From contig OZ245843.1 in assembly GCA_965228875.1 (NCBI GenBank), forward strand, positions 2,400,616 through 2,464,615: a DNA stretch of 64,000 nucleotides. The letters run 5' to 3'. The position numbers and the translations under genes were made by a program. Under the pieces are notes generated by a model. It did no database searches. It saw nothing but the letters and a program-made list of their open reading frames with translations, and was not told the origin of the DNA. This document shows, one piece after another, positions 36,999 through 57,503 of the stretch (its first letter is position 1; every line of letters begins with the position of its first letter). This stretch comes from Thalassobaculaceae bacterium (GTDB taxonomy: Bacteria; Pseudomonadota; Alphaproteobacteria; Thalassobaculales; Thalassobaculaceae).

Positions 36999-37027
36999 AT
37001 ACTATTGATGCGCCCTCTGGGGGTCAA
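36999..37027 (-). promoter_or_regulatory. Sigma70 promoter of the str operon
   Basis: TTGACC-N17-TAGTAT on the minus strand upstream of rpsL. Confidence 0.7.
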
Positions 37028-37143
37028 GCGGATAATCGGCCCGATTGTGCGGGTCGACGTTCCCGTCTCTGAACGGCGGTCCGGACCTGGATCGGTCCGG
37101 GCCGCCCGTAATGTAGCGCGGCGATGGCGCGATCGGACGACCG

Positions 37144-41448
<4,305 letters not shown>

Positions 41449-41487
41449 TTACACCGGCTGCGGCCGCCTTCGCGGCCGCGACCGGCG

Positions 41488-45666
<4,179 letters not shown>

Positions 45667-45917
45667 GTTGCGACCTCGACCTCGCGTGTGACCCGCGGAC
45701 CATGCAATGTCCGTTGGGCGAAACGATGACCCTCACCGGGCCGCGACCGGCCCCGGCGGGGCGGCGCGGCAGTGGCGGGCGGTCCTCGCCTCGGCCCGGG
45801 GTCGGCGGCGCACCCGACGGTGCGGCCCGGCCCCCGGCCGAGAGGAGGAAACGGGTCGGGAGCGGACACGCAGGCGCGCCGCTCCCTTCCCGAAACTCAG
45901 CTGGTCGTCAGGCTCAA

Positions 45918-46295
45918 TTACTTGAGCTCGACGGTGGCGCCAGCGCCCTCCAGCTTCTTCTTCAGTTCCTCGGCCTCGTCCTTGGAGGCACCCTCCTTGA
46001 CGGGCTTCGGCGCACCCTCGACCAGGTCCTTGGCCTCCTTCAGGCCGAGACCGGTGATGGCACGGACCTCCTTGATGACGTTGATCTTCTTGTCGCCGGC
46101 GGCAACAAGGACCACGTCGAACTCGGTCTTCTCCTCGGCGGCCGGAGCGGCATCGCCACCACCGGCAGCCGCGGCGACCGCGACCGGAGCAGCGGCGGAC
46201 ACGCCCCACTTCTCCTCGAGCATCTTCGACAGCTCGGCGGCCTCAAGGACGGTCAGTTCGGAAAGCTCGTCGACGAGCTTCGCAAGATCAGCCAT
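45918..46295 (-). CDS. rplL: 50S ribosomal protein L7/L12
   Basis: [26 protein letters not shown]. Confidence 0.99.
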   Translation of the reverse strand: MADLAKLVDELSELTVLEAAELSKMLEEKWGVSAAAPVAVAAAAGGGDAAPAAEEKTEFDVVLVAAGDKKINVIKEVRAITGLGLKEAKDLVEGAPKPVKEGASKDEAEELKKKLEGAGATVELK

Positions 46296-46346
46296 TTCAT
46301 TTCACTCCAGATTGGTACGTCTGATGACAGAGCGGTTCGTCCGCCC

Positions 46347-46859
46347 TCACTCCGACTGCTCGCCGCGGGCAGCCAGAACCCGAGCGACCTGTCCGGCCGG
46401 TGCGGTAAGCACACCAACCATCCGGGACGCCGGGGTCTGCAGCAGACCCACGAGCTTGGCACGCGACTCGTCGATCGACGGGGTCTTGGCCAGGGCCTTG
46501 ATCTCGTCGACATTGAGTTCTCGTTCGCCGAGGCCACCACCGACGATGGTGACCTTGTCATTCGAGTTGGCGAACTCGACGATCACCTTGGCGGCCGCCA
46601 CCGGGTCGCCGGACGTCGTCACCGACGTCGGGCCCGTGAACAGATCGCTCAGGTTCTCGTAGCGCGTGCCCTGCAGAGCAAGACGGGCGAGCCGATTCTT
46701 CGTGACCTTGTAGCCGGCTCCGGCTTCGCGGACCTTCGAGCGCAGGCCTTCGACCTCGGACACCGTCAGACCCGTCTGATGGGTGATGACGACGACCTCG
46801 GAGCCCTCGAACGTCGAGCGAAGAGAGTCGACCAAATCGGCCTTTTCGGTTCGGTTCAC
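46347..46859 (-). CDS. rplJ: 50S ribosomal protein L10
   Basis: GLTV..LR..V.KN.LARLAL..GPT; synteny; GTG start. Confidence 0.97.
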   Translation of the reverse strand: MNRTEKADLVDSLRSTFEGSEVVVITHQTGLTVSEVEGLRSKVREAGAGYKVTKNRLARLALQGTRYENLSDLFTGPTSVTTSGDPVAAAKVIVEFANSNDKVTIVGGGLGERELNVDEIKALAKTPSIDESRAKLVGLLQTPASRMVGVLTAPAGQVARVLAARGEQSE

Positions 46860-47012
46860 CTCTTATCTCCGCAATTGGAACCGCTGGGTCCGTCCCCGCC
46901 CTGGGGCGCGGGCCCGTCGGTCCGGTTGCACGAAGACGGCACCTGCGTGCCGCCCCTGTTCGCCTGTCCCAGAAGACCAACCGCACCGGCATCGCCGGAT
47001 CCGTTTGGCGCT

Positions 47013-47083
47013 CCCGTCTATACGGGCGGAATTTAAGGCCCCGTCGGATCTCTCCGCCAAGGCCGCCCGTAGTCTCGGACAGG
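47013..47083 (-). promoter_or_regulatory. L10 leader (r-protein autoregulatory RNA)
   Basis: Minus strand GTCCGAGACTACGGGCGG...TTAAATTCCGCCCGTATAGACGG resembles the L10-leader core, upstream of rplJ. Confidence 0.7.
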
Positions 47084-47159
47084 TCGGTCCGGAATCGCTC
47101 CCGGCCCTACGCCGGCCCCCGGTCGCCCGGGGACCGTCGATCTCTTGCCGCGGGCCGCG

Positions 47160-47867
47160 TCAGGCGGCCGGCGCGGTTCCCAGCTGCGCGGTATCGACCT
47201 TGATGCCCGGCCCCATGGTCGAGCTCACCGACACGCGCTTGATGTAGTTGCCCTTCGCTCCGGACGGCTTCGCCTTCTGGATCGCGTCGACGAAGGCCGT
47301 CGCGTTCTCCACAAGCTGGTCCTCGGAGAAGCTGGCCTTGCCGATGCCGGCATGGATGATGCCCGCCTTCTCGACCCGGAACTCGACCTGGCCGGCCTTG
47401 GCGGCCTCGACCGCGTCGGCGACGTTCGGGGTCACGGTGCCCAGCTTCGGGTTCGGCATCAGGCCGCGCGGGCCCAGCACCTTACCGAGGCGGCCGACCA
47501 CGGCCATCATGTCCGGCGTGGCGATCACCCGGTCGAAATCCATCCGGCCGTTCTGGATCTCTTCCATCAGATCCTCGGCCCCGACCACCTCGGCCCCGGC
47601 GGCGCGCGCCTCCTCGGCCTTGGCGTCCTTGGCGAACACCGCAACGCGGACCGACTTGCCGGTGCCGTGCGGCAGCGAGACGACGCCGCGGACCATCTGG
47701 TCGGAGTGGCGCGGGTCGACGCCCAGGTTCATCGAGATCTCGACGGTCTCGTCGAACTTGGCGCTGGAGACGCCCTTGATCAGCTTGATCGCCTCGGACA
47801 TGCCGTAGACGGCGTCGCGGTCGACCGAGCCGTACGCGGCGCGAAGACGCTTACCTTTGTTTGCCAT
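47160..47867 (-). CDS. rplA: 50S ribosomal protein L1
   Basis: [31 protein letters not shown]. Confidence 0.99.
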   Translation of the reverse strand: MANKGKRLRAAYGSVDRDAVYGMSEAIKLIKGVSSAKFDETVEISMNLGVDPRHSDQMVRGVVSLPHGTGKSVRVAVFAKDAKAEEARAAGAEVVGAEDLMEEIQNGRMDFDRVIATPDMMAVVGRLGKVLGPRGLMPNPKLGTVTPNVADAVEAAKAGQVEFRVEKAGIIHAGIGKASFSEDQLVENATAFVDAIQKAKPSGAKGNYIKRVSVSSTMGPGIKVDTAQLGTAPAA

Positions 47868-47874
47868 GATCGCC

Positions 47875-48303
47875 TCACTCCACCACTTCGATGCCCATGG
47901 ACCGGGCGGAACCCTTGATCATCTGAACCGCGCCGTCGATATCGACCGCGTTCAGGTCCGGCATCTTCGCTTCCGCGATCTCCTTGACCTGGTCCAGGGT
48001 GACCTTGCCGACCGTCCCCTTGCCCGGCGTCTGCGAGCCCTTCGGCAGCTTCGACGCCTTCTTCAGGAAATACGACACCGGCGGGGTCTTGGTGATGAAC
48101 GAGAAGGTACGGTCGCCGTAGGCGGTGATCACCACCGGCACCGGCATCCCCTTCTCCATCTTCTCGGTCGCGGCGTTGAACGCCTTGCAGAACTCCATGA
48201 TGTTGAGTCCGCGCTGACCGAGCGCCGGGCCCACCGGGGGAGACGGGTTCGCCGCCCCGGCCGGGATCTCCAGCTTGATATAGCCGACGATCTTCTTAGC
48301 CAT
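47875..48303 (-). CDS. rplK: 50S ribosomal protein L11
   Basis: [26 protein letters not shown]. Confidence 0.99.
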   Translation of the reverse strand: MAKKIVGYIKLEIPAGAANPSPPVGPALGQRGLNIMEFCKAFNAATEKMEKGMPVPVVITAYGDRTFSFITKTPPVSYFLKKASKLPKGSQTPGKGTVGKVTLDQVKEIAEAKMPDLNAVDIDGAVQMIKGSARSMGIEVVE

Positions 48304-48325
48304 CTGTTGCCTTCCTCTATTCGAT

Positions 48326-48366
48326 CCGTGGTGCGACGCCGCAGGGCTTCGCGGTCATCTCCCACA
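48326..48366 (-). promoter_or_regulatory. Probable L1-binding leader of rplK
   Basis: GTGGGAG...ACCAC hairpin motif just upstream of the rplK SD. Confidence 0.5.
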
Positions 48367-48430
48367 GGCCGTGCACTGCGAGCCGTTCCGGCCCCGGACG
48401 CTCACGTCGCGGGGGCGAACCCGAACCGGC

Positions 48431-48961
48431 TCAGGTTTTCTCGACCTGGGTGAAATCCAGATCGACCGGCGTCGACCGTCCGAAGATCGACACCGCGACT
48501 TTGAGACGCGACCGCTCCTCGTCGACATCCTCGACGAGGCCGTTGAAGGTCGCGAACGGACCGTCGGCGACGCGCACCTGCTCGCCGATCTCGAAGGTGA
48601 CCGACGGCTTCGGCCGGTCGACACCCTCGGAGACCTGCTTCAGCAGGCGACTCGCCTCGGCGTCGGTGATCGGAATCGGCTTGCCCTTGCCGCCGACGAA
48701 CCCGGCCACCTTCGGCTGCGACTTGACCAGATGCCAGGTCTCGTCGGTCAGTTCCATGCGAACGAGAATGTAGCCGGGGAAGAACTTGCGTTCCGTCGTC
48801 ACCTTCGCCCCGCGACGCATCTCGATGACTTCCTCGGTCGGCACCAGGACCTCGGAGATCAGATCGCCGAGCTCGTGCTGCTCCACCTGCTCGTTGATCG
48901 ACTGGGCGACCTTCTTCTCGAAGCCCGAATAGGTCTGCACCACGTACCAGCGTTGCGCCAT
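48431..48961 (-). CDS. nusG: Transcription termination/antitermination factor NusG
   Basis: RWYVV..SGFEKKV, FFPGY, GPF..F.G, V.IFGR.TPV. Confidence 0.99.
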   Translation of the reverse strand: MAQRWYVVQTYSGFEKKVAQSINEQVEQHELGDLISEVLVPTEEVIEMRRGAKVTTERKFFPGYILVRMELTDETWHLVKSQPKVAGFVGGKGKPIPITDAEASRLLKQVSEGVDRPKPSVTFEIGEQVRVADGPFATFNGLVEDVDEERSRLKVAVSIFGRSTPVDLDFTQVEKT

Positions 48962-48962
48962 A

Positions 48963-49160
48963 TCAGCCTCCGAGTCCAAGCACCAGTTGCACGCCCCAGG
49001 CCAGCACCTGATCGACCACGAAGAAAAACACCGAAGCCAGGAACACCATGATGAAGACCATCAGGGTGGCCACCGCCGTCTCCTTGCGGCTCGCCCACGT
49101 AACCCGCGACACCTCCTGCCGCACCTGGCGCACGAACTGGGCGGGACTCACCTTCGCCAT
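48963..49160 (-). CDS. secE: Preprotein translocase subunit SecE
   Basis: F.RQVRQE..RVTW.SRKET plus one TM segment; synteny. Confidence 0.97.
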   Translation of the reverse strand: MAKVSPAQFVRQVRQEVSRVTWASRKETAVATLMVFIMVFLASVFFFVVDQVLAWGVQLVLGLGG

Positions 49161-49290
49161 CGTCTCTGCTCTCCGCCGCCCGACCCCGGAAAAACGCTCC
49201 CGGACCGTACCGGCATTTTCTCGTACATCTGAACGCGATTGGCGCCCATCGGTTGTCCCGACGGCGCCGCCCGCGAAACATCTAACAAAG

Positions 49291-49366
49291 TGGCAGGAGT
49301 GGAGGGGCTCGAACCCCCAGCCCCCGGTTTTGGAGACCGGTGCTCTACCAGTTGAGCTACACTCCT
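49291..49366 (-). tRNA. tRNA-Trp (CCA)
   Basis: 76-nt cloverleaf AGGAGTG..CTCCAAA..GGTTCGAG..CCA. Confidence 0.97.
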
Positions 49367-49396
49367 AACCTTGCAAAAGCGTCGTCCCGCCTCCGC

Positions 49397-50587
<1,191 letters not shown>

Positions 50588-50689
50588 CTCTCGTCGTTCC
50601 CGTCGGCTACAGCGTGGAGGCATCCAAGGATGCCGGAAAAACTTCTCTCTTCAGAGCCTTGTCGGCCGTTTCGCGATCCGGTCAGCGAG

Positions 50690-50775
50690 TGGTGGTGGGG
50701 GTAGGATTCGAACCTACGTACGCGTACGCGGGCAGATTTACAGTCTGCTGCCTTTAACCACTCGGCCACCCCACC
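50690..50775 (-). tRNA. tRNA-Tyr (GTA)
   Basis: 86-nt class II cloverleaf GGTGGGG..CTGTAAA..long variable arm..GGTTCGAATCC..CCA. Confidence 0.97.
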
Positions 50776-50827
50776 ATGGATCGGATCGCGATCTCGCTCC
50801 GGCAAGCCCGTTCCAGAGGGAGAGCGA

Positions 50828-50855
50828 ACTATGTTAATTCGCGGCCGTTTGTCAA
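50828..50855 (-). promoter_or_regulatory. Sigma70 promoter for the tRNA-Tyr-tuf operon
   Basis: TTGACA-N16-CATAGT on the minus strand. Confidence 0.55.
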
Positions 50856-50934
50856 CGACGAACACGACAAAAATTCACCGCGCCAGCTTTCCAGGCGGTC
50901 TGTCGTCTCGCAACAAGGAAAGGCTATCACAGCC

Positions 50935-51828
50935 ATGGCCAAACGAAAATACGGCGGCCGCGCGCCGCGCCCGCACGTTTCCGCCGGGAGTGCGCCCGTA
51001 TCGGACCGGGGCGCCGGCCAGGGACTGGGCCGGGGATCGGGCCGGGGATCGGGCCGGGATGACAACCGTCCATCCTACGACCCCGGTCTGCTGTTCGGGC
51101 GCCACGCGGTGCTCGCCGCGCTCGCGAACCCGCGCCGAGAGGTTCGTGAGCTGCTGTGCACCGACGAGACCGCGGGCGAACTGGCGGACGCCCTCGCCGC
51201 TCTTCCCGACCCGCGACGCTCGGTGCTGCCAGCGCCACGCAGCGTCCCGACGGAGGAAATTGCCGCCCTGCTCGGCGAGGCCAGCGTCCATCAGGGTCTC
51301 CTCGCCCGGGTCGCGCCGCTGCCGGAGACCGTGCTGGAGGATGTGCTCGACGCCGCCGGGCCGCAGGCGGTCCTCGTGGTGCTCGACCAGGTGACCGACC
51401 CGCACAACCTTGGCGCCGTGCTGCGCTCGGCCGCGGCCTTCGGCGCCGATGCGGTCGTCGTCCAGGATCGCCATACGCCGCAGGTCACCGCCGTCGTCGC
51501 CAAGACCGCGTCCGGCGCGCTGGACGTGACCCCGCTGGTCCGGGTCACCAACCTGGCCCGCGCCCTGCGGACCGCCCAGGAGTCGAACTTCTGGTGCGTC
51601 GGTCTCGCCGAGGAGGGGGCGGCGGCACTCGACTCGGTCGACCTCGCCGGACGGGTGGCCCTGGTGCTTGGCGCCGAGGGCAGCGGGTTGCGCCGGCTGA
51701 CCCGCGAGACCTGCGACCAGCTCGTGCACCTGGCGACGCGCCCGCCGATCCGCTCGCTCAACGTGTCCGCCGCCGCCGCCATCGCTTTGCACCACGCGGC
51801 GGTCGCGCCGACGCGAAAGCTCGGTTAA
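50935..51828 (+). CDS. rlmB: 23S rRNA (Gm2251) 2'-O-methyltransferase RlmB (SpoU family)
   Basis: GRHAV, HQG, LDQVTDPHNLGAVLRSA, LGAEG.GLR, SLNVS. Confidence 0.93.
   Translation: MAKRKYGGRAPRPHVSAGSAPVSDRGAGQGLGRGSGRGSGRDDNRPSYDPGLLFGRHAVLAALANPRREVRELLCTDETAGELADALAALPDPRRSVLPAPRSVPTEEIAALLGEASVHQGLLARVAPLPETVLEDVLDAAGPQAVLVVLDQVTDPHNLGAVLRSAAAFGADAVVVQDRHTPQVTAVVAKTASGALDVTPLVRVTNLARALRTAQESNFWCVGLAEEGAAALDSVDLAGRVALVLGAEGSGLRRLTRETCDQLVHLATRPPIRSLNVSAAAAIALHHAAVAPTRKLG
51027..51060 (+). repeat. 12-bp in-frame tandem repeat (GGGCCGGGGATC, ~2.8 copies) encoding GRGS in the RlmB N-terminus
   Basis: Seen directly in the sequence. Confidence 0.85.
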
Positions 51829-51919
51829 CTTTTGCGGAAGGAATTGGGGTGATACTCGCCCAGTGGGTTCGGCTTCATCGGACACGCGGCGGGAATCACA
51901 TCAGCGGAGAACCGGAGGC

Positions 51920-53392
51920 ATGGCGTTCACGCCACGCGAAGACGTCGACATCGCCAAGGCGTCGGTCTGCGAGGAGCCGGCCGACCTGTTCACGGCGGAC
52001 GCGCGGGAAACGCTTTCCCGCGCCTGCTCGACCTATCTCGGCCCTCGCAAGCTGACGGCAATGGAACTGCTGTACTGCCCGCGCCACCAGGGCGACCTGA
52101 TGAACAGCGGGACCAGCGCGATGCAGGCGGTTCAGAAGGCCGCCAGCTGGCAGGTCCGGGGAACGAGCGTCCCGGTGAGCGAGCGGATCCGCCGGCTCTG
52201 GGACATCGTCGACGAGACACGGGCCGACATGGCCGAACGGGTCGAGGCGCTCGCTCCTGAAGCGCTGAGCGAGGACAACGCCGGCCGGCTCCTGACCCAG
52301 GGGCTCGACGAGGACGACGCCGCGTTCGAATTCCGTGTCCAGTGCTCGCTGGCGGCCGGACTAGCGGAAAAGCAGGGCTGGGTCGACAAGATCCGCACCC
52401 TGCTCAAGGCCGGCGAGAGCGCCTCGGGTCCGGAACCGGTGGCATGCATCGACAGGTTCCTGGCCGAAACCGTGAAGACCCCGGACGCGCTGAAGGCGGT
52501 GATTGGAGAGTTCGATACCGCGGGCGATGGGGTCGTCGCCCTGCTGGGCCTCGTCGCGGACACCGCCGAGGCCAAGGACGCGCCACCGAAAGCCGCGCTC
52601 GGCGGGCCGTTCTTCCAGCTGCTGGCGCGGGCGCCGATGCCGGAGACCCGGGCGGTCCTTGCCGGCCACATCGTGCGCCTGGTCACCGGCCCGGAGAAGA
52701 TGACCAACAAGAGCCTGGCCGACGAGATCGTGTTCGTCGTCGATCTGCGCGAGACCCTGATTCTCGACGGCGAACTGATCGGCGGCGAGGTGAGCCAGGA
52801 GGCCCTGGAGCGGCGGCTGTCACGGTCGCTCTCGGACCAGACCATCGACATGCTCATGCAGGGGACCAAGAGCGCCGGCGAGCGGGTGCTGCGCGCGGTC
52901 TCCCTGCACAAGAAGGTGTTCGGCACGGCGGCGCGCGACTATCTCGAGAGATATGTCGCCGAACTGATGAGCCAGCCCCAGATCGAGACCAAGCTGGTTC
53001 CGGAGGGGCTGTCCGTGCGCCAGCAGATCAAGGGTCTGGGCGGCCTGTTCCGCGCGCTCAAGGGGTCGACCCTCGGCGACCGCGCGAAGGACCGCATGGC
53101 CCGCCAGGTCGAGCAGGCGCAGACCGCCCTACTCGACAAGACCCGCCTGCTGGAGAAACTGAACGACGGCACCGGCTCGGCGGCGGAACGGCTGATGCGC
53201 GTCGTCGACCTGTGCCGCGAGGGCGCCTTCACCGACGGCGACAACGCCAACCGCGCCCGTTCCGCGGCCCAGCAGCTCATGAAACGACCAGACTTCCTTG
53301 ACAGCTACCTGCACGGCGCCGAACAGAAGGGCGAGCGCGCATCGCGTCTGCGCGACCTGCAGCGAAAACTGGCCGAAGCGAGGATCGTGTGA
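51920..53392 (+). CDS. Hypothetical protein (490 aa, mainly helical)
   Basis: SD GGAGG, typical codon usage, stop overlaps the next gene (GTGA); no recognisable catalytic motif. Confidence 0.85.
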   Translation: MAFTPREDVDIAKASVCEEPADLFTADARETLSRACSTYLGPRKLTAMELLYCPRHQGDLMNSGTSAMQAVQKAASWQVRGTSVPVSERIRRLWDIVDETRADMAERVEALAPEALSEDNAGRLLTQGLDEDDAAFEFRVQCSLAAGLAEKQGWVDKIRTLLKAGESASGPEPVACIDRFLAETVKTPDALKAVIGEFDTAGDGVVALLGLVADTAEAKDAPPKAALGGPFFQLLARAPMPETRAVLAGHIVRLVTGPEKMTNKSLADEIVFVVDLRETLILDGELIGGEVSQEALERRLSRSLSDQTIDMLMQGTKSAGERVLRAVSLHKKVFGTAARDYLERYVAELMSQPQIETKLVPEGLSVRQQIKGLGGLFRALKGSTLGDRAKDRMARQVEQAQTALLDKTRLLEKLNDGTGSAAERLMRVVDLCREGAFTDGDNANRARSAAQQLMKRPDFLDSYLHGAEQKGERASRLRDLQRKLAEARIV

Positions 53393-54333
53393 CCGCAGCC
53401 CCCGAAGACGACGCCAACCTGCAACCCCACCTGGATCGCGACCTGGTGGGCTATGGGCGGACGCCGCCGCATGCCAACTGGCCGGGCGGAGCGCGGCTGG
53501 CGATCAACTTCGTGATGAACTACGAGGAGGGATCGGAATACTCGATCCCCGACGGCGACGGCTTCTCGGAGGCGGCCCTGACCGACTCGCCGGATTCGCC
53601 AAACGCCCCCGGCTCCCGCGATCTGGCCGCGGAGTCGATGTTCGAGTACGGCACCCGGGTCGGGTTCTGGCGCCTGCGACGGCTGTTCGCCGAGCGCGGT
53701 TTGCCGCTCACCGTCAACGCCTGCGCCCTGGCGCTCGAACGCAACGCCGAAGCGGCCGCCGCGATCCGCGAGAGCGACTGGGACATCTGCTGCCACGGCT
53801 GGCGCTGGGTGAATCATTTCGAGCTGAGCGAGGCCGAGGAGCGCGACCACATCGCCCGCGCCGTCGAGAGCCTGGAGCGCACCACCGGCGCCAGGCCCGC
53901 CGGCTGGTACTGCCGCCACGGTCCGAGCGTGCACACGCGGCGCCTGGTGGTCGAGCACGGCGGCTTCGTCTACGACAGCGACAGCTACGCCGACGAACTG
54001 CCGTACTGGAGCGAGGTCGCCGGCCGGCCGCACCTGATCGTCCCCTACTCGCTCACGACCAACGACAGCAAGTTCGCGCGCAACCACTTTCCGACCGGCG
54101 ACGACTACTTCGCCTTCGTCAAGGACGCCATCGACATGCTGTGGGACGAAGGCGCCGACAGTCCGCGGATGATGTCCTGCGGTCTGCACCTGCGGCTGAT
54201 CGGCCACCCGTCGCGCGCCGCCGGTCTCGCCCGCCTGCTCGATTACGTTCAGGAGAAGGGCGACATCTGGATCACCCGGCGCATCGACATCGCAGAACAC
54301 TGGATCCGCGAGCATCCGTTCCCGGCCGTTTAG
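53389..54333 (+). CDS. Allantoinase PuuE-like / polysaccharide deacetylase family protein
   Basis: RDLVGYG..WPGGAR.A.NFV.NYEEG.E, ES.FEYG.RVG.WR, HG.RW, DSYADELPYW, MMS.GLH.R..G.P.R. Confidence 0.9.
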   Translation: MTAAPEDDANLQPHLDRDLVGYGRTPPHANWPGGARLAINFVMNYEEGSEYSIPDGDGFSEAALTDSPDSPNAPGSRDLAAESMFEYGTRVGFWRLRRLFAERGLPLTVNACALALERNAEAAAAIRESDWDICCHGWRWVNHFELSEAEERDHIARAVESLERTTGARPAGWYCRHGPSVHTRRLVVEHGGFVYDSDSYADELPYWSEVAGRPHLIVPYSLTTNDSKFARNHFPTGDDYFAFVKDAIDMLWDEGADSPRMMSCGLHLRLIGHPSRAAGLARLLDYVQEKGDIWITRRIDIAEHWIREHPFPAV

Positions 54334-54402
54334 ACAAGGCCCACGGGAAGCTTGACGATAGGCGCGGAAATCCCCAGAAAAGCCCCTCAGAAACGCGGGT
54401 AT

Positions 54403-54478
54403 GCCGGTATAGCTCAGCTGGTAGAGCATCTGATTTGTAATCAGAGGGTCGGGGGTTCAAGTCCCTCTGCCGGCACCA
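54403..54478 (+). tRNA. tRNA-Thr (TGT)
   Basis: 76-nt cloverleaf GCCGGTA..TTTGTAA..GGTTCAAGTCC..CCA; TTGACG -35 box at 54352. Confidence 0.97.
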
Positions 54479-54512
54479 GCGGTTTCAGACAGATCCGGGG
54501 CGGCCCGGCGCG

Positions 54513-57503
54513 TCAGATCAGCTCGAACATGGAGGCGGTCAGGTCGCCGGCGGCGATGCCGACGAACCGCACCACGGCGCCATCGCCGAAATCGATCTGG
54601 CTGTCGTCTGTCCCGCTCGACGTCGCCTGCGAGAGCAGGGTCAGCAGGTCATCCTGCGTCACGGCCACGGCCACCATGTCGCCGTCGGCCGAGGAGAAGT
54701 CGGCGACGATGTCGAGGCCGTCCTCGCCGACCTGGAAGCGATCCGCCCCCGCGCCGCCGTACAGCAGCGAGTCGCCCTCGCCCGCGATCAGCGTGTCGTT
54801 GCCCATGTTGCCGTACAGAAGGTCGACATCTCCCTCCGACCCGCCCGGCCCGCCATACACCAGGTCGTCGTCCTGGCCGCCGTACAGGGTGTCGGAGCCC
54901 GAGTTGCCGGACAACGTGTCGGCCCCCTGGTTGCCGTAGAGGAGATCATCGTCCCGGCCGCCGTACAGCGTGTCCGCGTCTAGATTGCCGTAGAGCGTGT
55001 CGGCCCCGAAATTGCCATAGACGATGTCGGCGTACTGGCCGCCATAGGCGAGATCGTCGTCCTGACCGCCGTAGAGCGTGTCGAGCCCCTGGTTGCCGTA
55101 CAGAATGTCGCTGGCCTGGTTGCCGTAGACCACGTCCTCGTCGGCTCCCCCCAGGACGGTATCGGTCCCGCTGCCGCCGAAGACGATGTCGTTGCCGTCG
55201 TCGCCGTGGAGGGAGTCGGTGCCGGCTCCGGAACCGACGATGTCGGCGCCGCCGCCACCGGCCAGGGTATCGTCGCCGAGGCCGAGCGAGATGAACTGCG
55301 CCGCATCGTCGCCGACCGCGAAGTTGTCGCCATCGCCACCGACGATCGTCGCACTGCCGACGACCGAGACGAACTCGATGTTGTCCAGTTGCACCGTGCA
55401 GCCCGTCGGCAGCGACGAGACGTCGAGGACGAAGGCCTCCGACTGCGACACCCCGTCGGACGGCGTGCTGCCGGTGATGACGAAGGGTTCCGCGGGCGCC
55501 CCGAAGCCGGCCGAGGGCACGATGGTGCGGACATCGAGCGAGGTGGAGGCGCTCAGGGTGTTCAGATACTGACGGGCACTCGACACCACCGGGTCGGGGC
55601 CGAGCGGATCGCGCGCCTCGATCGCCTCGACCAGGGTGTCGGCGGCACTCGTTCCGCTCTGGGCGGTCGTCGGGCCGGACGAGGTCAGCGACGTCCCGCT
55701 GGGAAGCGAGGCGGTAACGGTGTTGTCGTTGTTGCCGGTGTTCTGGACGATGGCGGCCGACCCCGTCGTCAGACCGTTGTTGGTCAGAATGCGCGACGGA
55801 TCGGCGGAGCCCGCCACGGCGGGACTGTCAGTGACCGTCAGCGTGTCATTCCCGCTCGACGATCCGTCGGAGGAGGAGGGGGTGGAGTAGGCGACGCTCT
55901 TGAATCCGGTCCCGGCAATGACGGTGAAGCTCGCGTCGCCCGCCAGGCCGGTCGCCGAAATCGTGACGTCGGCCGTGCCGTTGCCGTCGGTGTCGAAGGA
56001 CAGGGTCTCGCCCGTACGCGAGATACCGGATTCGGTGAGCCCGGCGGCCCCGGTCAACACGAGGCTGTCGCCGACCTGCCAGTCCGCGACGGTATCTCCG
56101 TCGCCGATCACGAAGTAGTCGCGGTCGGCGCCGCCCAACAGGGTATCCGCCCCGGCGCCGCCGGTCAGCGTGTCGCTGCCGTCGCCACCGGTCAGGATAT
56201 CGGCCCCGCCGCCGCCGCCGATTTCGTCTGCCCCGGCGCCGCCGGCCACGGTATCGCTGCCGCTGCCGCCGCAGATCCCGTCGTTGCCGGCTCCCCCGAA
56301 GATCCGGTCGTCCCCCGCCTCGCCGCACAACTCGTCGACGCCGGCGCCACCGCTCAGCACGTCCCCGGCGTCGCCACCCGAGAGCGAGTCGGCCCCCGCC
56401 CCGCCGATCAGTGTATCCGCGCCGGCGCCGCCAGTGAGGAAGTCGTCACCGTCCCCGGCCGCCAGCCAGTCGTCGCCGGCATCGCCGGTGAGTTCGTCGT
56501 TGCCGCTGCCGCCGCTCAGGACATCGTTCCCGGCTCCGCCGGTCAGAAGGTCCTCGCCGGCACCGCCGAACACCAGATCGTTGCCGTCCCCGGCGGTGAC
56601 GAAGTCGTCGCCGGCGCCGCCGCTGAGCGTGTCGTTGCCGGCCCCGCCGGTGAGGGTGTCCCCCTTGGAACTGCCGCGCAGGTAATCGTTGCCCGATTTG
56701 CCTCCCATGGAGACGGCGAAACTGGTGGGCGCAATCAGCGTCGCCGAATCGGTATCGTAGGCGGCAACCGAAACACTGGCGGTACCGACCGTCAGCCCGC
56801 TGACGTCCAGAGAACTGAGGTCCAGGCTGGTGCCGATCCGCACGAAGAAGCCGAATGTTCCTCCGCCGACGAGGGCCGTAGAGCTGTCACCGAACGCATC
56901 GGCGAAGATCGCCGTGGCCCCGGTGGAGACCGAGATCGTCTCGAAACCGGTGATCAAGACCGCGTCGGTGAAGTCGCCGTAGTTGGTCACCCGGATGGTG
57001 TCGGTACCCGCGCCGCCGTCGAGGGTGTCGTTGTCCGCCGCTTCGTTTCCGTAGGTGACGGTGTCGTTGCCGGCGCCGCCGCTGAGCCTGTCGGCGCCGA
57101 CATTGCCGGACAGCACGTCGTTGCCGGCCCCGCCGATCAGGGTGTCCGCCTTGTCGGTGCCGATCAGGGTGAAACTGCCGTCGCTTTCCGCGGAGCCGTT
57201 CCAGGAGAGCGTCGCGGCACTGGCCGAGGCATTCACCGAGAGGCTCTGCCCGGCGGCGACGGTGCCGTCGTGGCTGGTGATCACCTGAGCCCCGGCCGTG
57301 ATGGTCACCGTCTCGAAGTTGACGAGGGTCGTGGCGCCAAAGACGACCGTCTGCGCCGCCGAGAGGGTGAGCGTGTCGGAGCCGCCCAGGCCATCGATCG
57401 TGTCGGCGCTGTTGAGGCTGGCGCCGACGGACCCGGTTACGGTGTCCGCCCCGGTCGACAGCGTCGGGGCATCGGTGCCCGTGGTCAGCGTGAAGGCTAC
57501 CAT
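54513..57503 (-). CDS. RTX (hemolysin-type Ca2+-binding repeat) secreted/surface protein
   Basis: Many GGxGxDxL nonapeptides in two blocks, no N-terminal signal peptide, T1SS-like C-terminus. Confidence 0.92.
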   Translation of the reverse strand: MVAFTLTTGTDAPTLSTGADTVTGSVGASLNSADTIDGLGGSDTLTLSAAQTVVFGATTLVNFETVTITAGAQVITSHDGTVAAGQSLSVNASASAATLSWNGSAESDGSFTLIGTDKADTLIGGAGNDVLSGNVGADRLSGGAGNDTVTYGNEAADNDTLDGGAGTDTIRVTNYGDFTDAVLITGFETISVSTGATAIFADAFGDSSTALVGGGTFGFFVRIGTSLDLSSLDVSGLTVGTASVSVAAYDTDSATLIAPTSFAVSMGGKSGNDYLRGSSKGDTLTGGAGNDTLSGGAGDDFVTAGDGNDLVFGGAGEDLLTGGAGNDVLSGGSGNDELTGDAGDDWLAAGDGDDFLTGGAGADTLIGGAGADSLSGGDAGDVLSGGAGVDELCGEAGDDRIFGGAGNDGICGGSGSDTVAGGAGADEIGGGGGADILTGGDGSDTLTGGAGADTLLGGADRDYFVIGDGDTVADWQVGDSLVLTGAAGLTESGISRTGETLSFDTDGNGTADVTISATGLAGDASFTVIAGTGFKSVAYSTPSSSDGSSSGNDTLTVTDSPAVAGSADPSRILTNNGLTTGSAAIVQNTGNNDNTVTASLPSGTSLTSSGPTTAQSGTSAADTLVEAIEARDPLGPDPVVSSARQYLNTLSASTSLDVRTIVPSAGFGAPAEPFVITGSTPSDGVSQSEAFVLDVSSLPTGCTVQLDNIEFVSVVGSATIVGGDGDNFAVGDDAAQFISLGLGDDTLAGGGGADIVGSGAGTDSLHGDDGNDIVFGGSGTDTVLGGADEDVVYGNQASDILYGNQGLDTLYGGQDDDLAYGGQYADIVYGNFGADTLYGNLDADTLYGGRDDDLLYGNQGADTLSGNSGSDTLYGGQDDDLVYGGPGGSEGDVDLLYGNMGNDTLIAGEGDSLLYGGAGADRFQVGEDGLDIVADFSSADGDMVAVAVTQDDLLTLLSQATSSGTDDSQIDFGDGAVVRFVGIAAGDLTASMFELI

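Noticed and set aside
54750..56660. Regularly spaced DNA repeats as a possible CRISPR array
   Set aside because: They are degenerate 27-bp in-frame RTX nonapeptide repeats, with no unique spacers and no cas genes.
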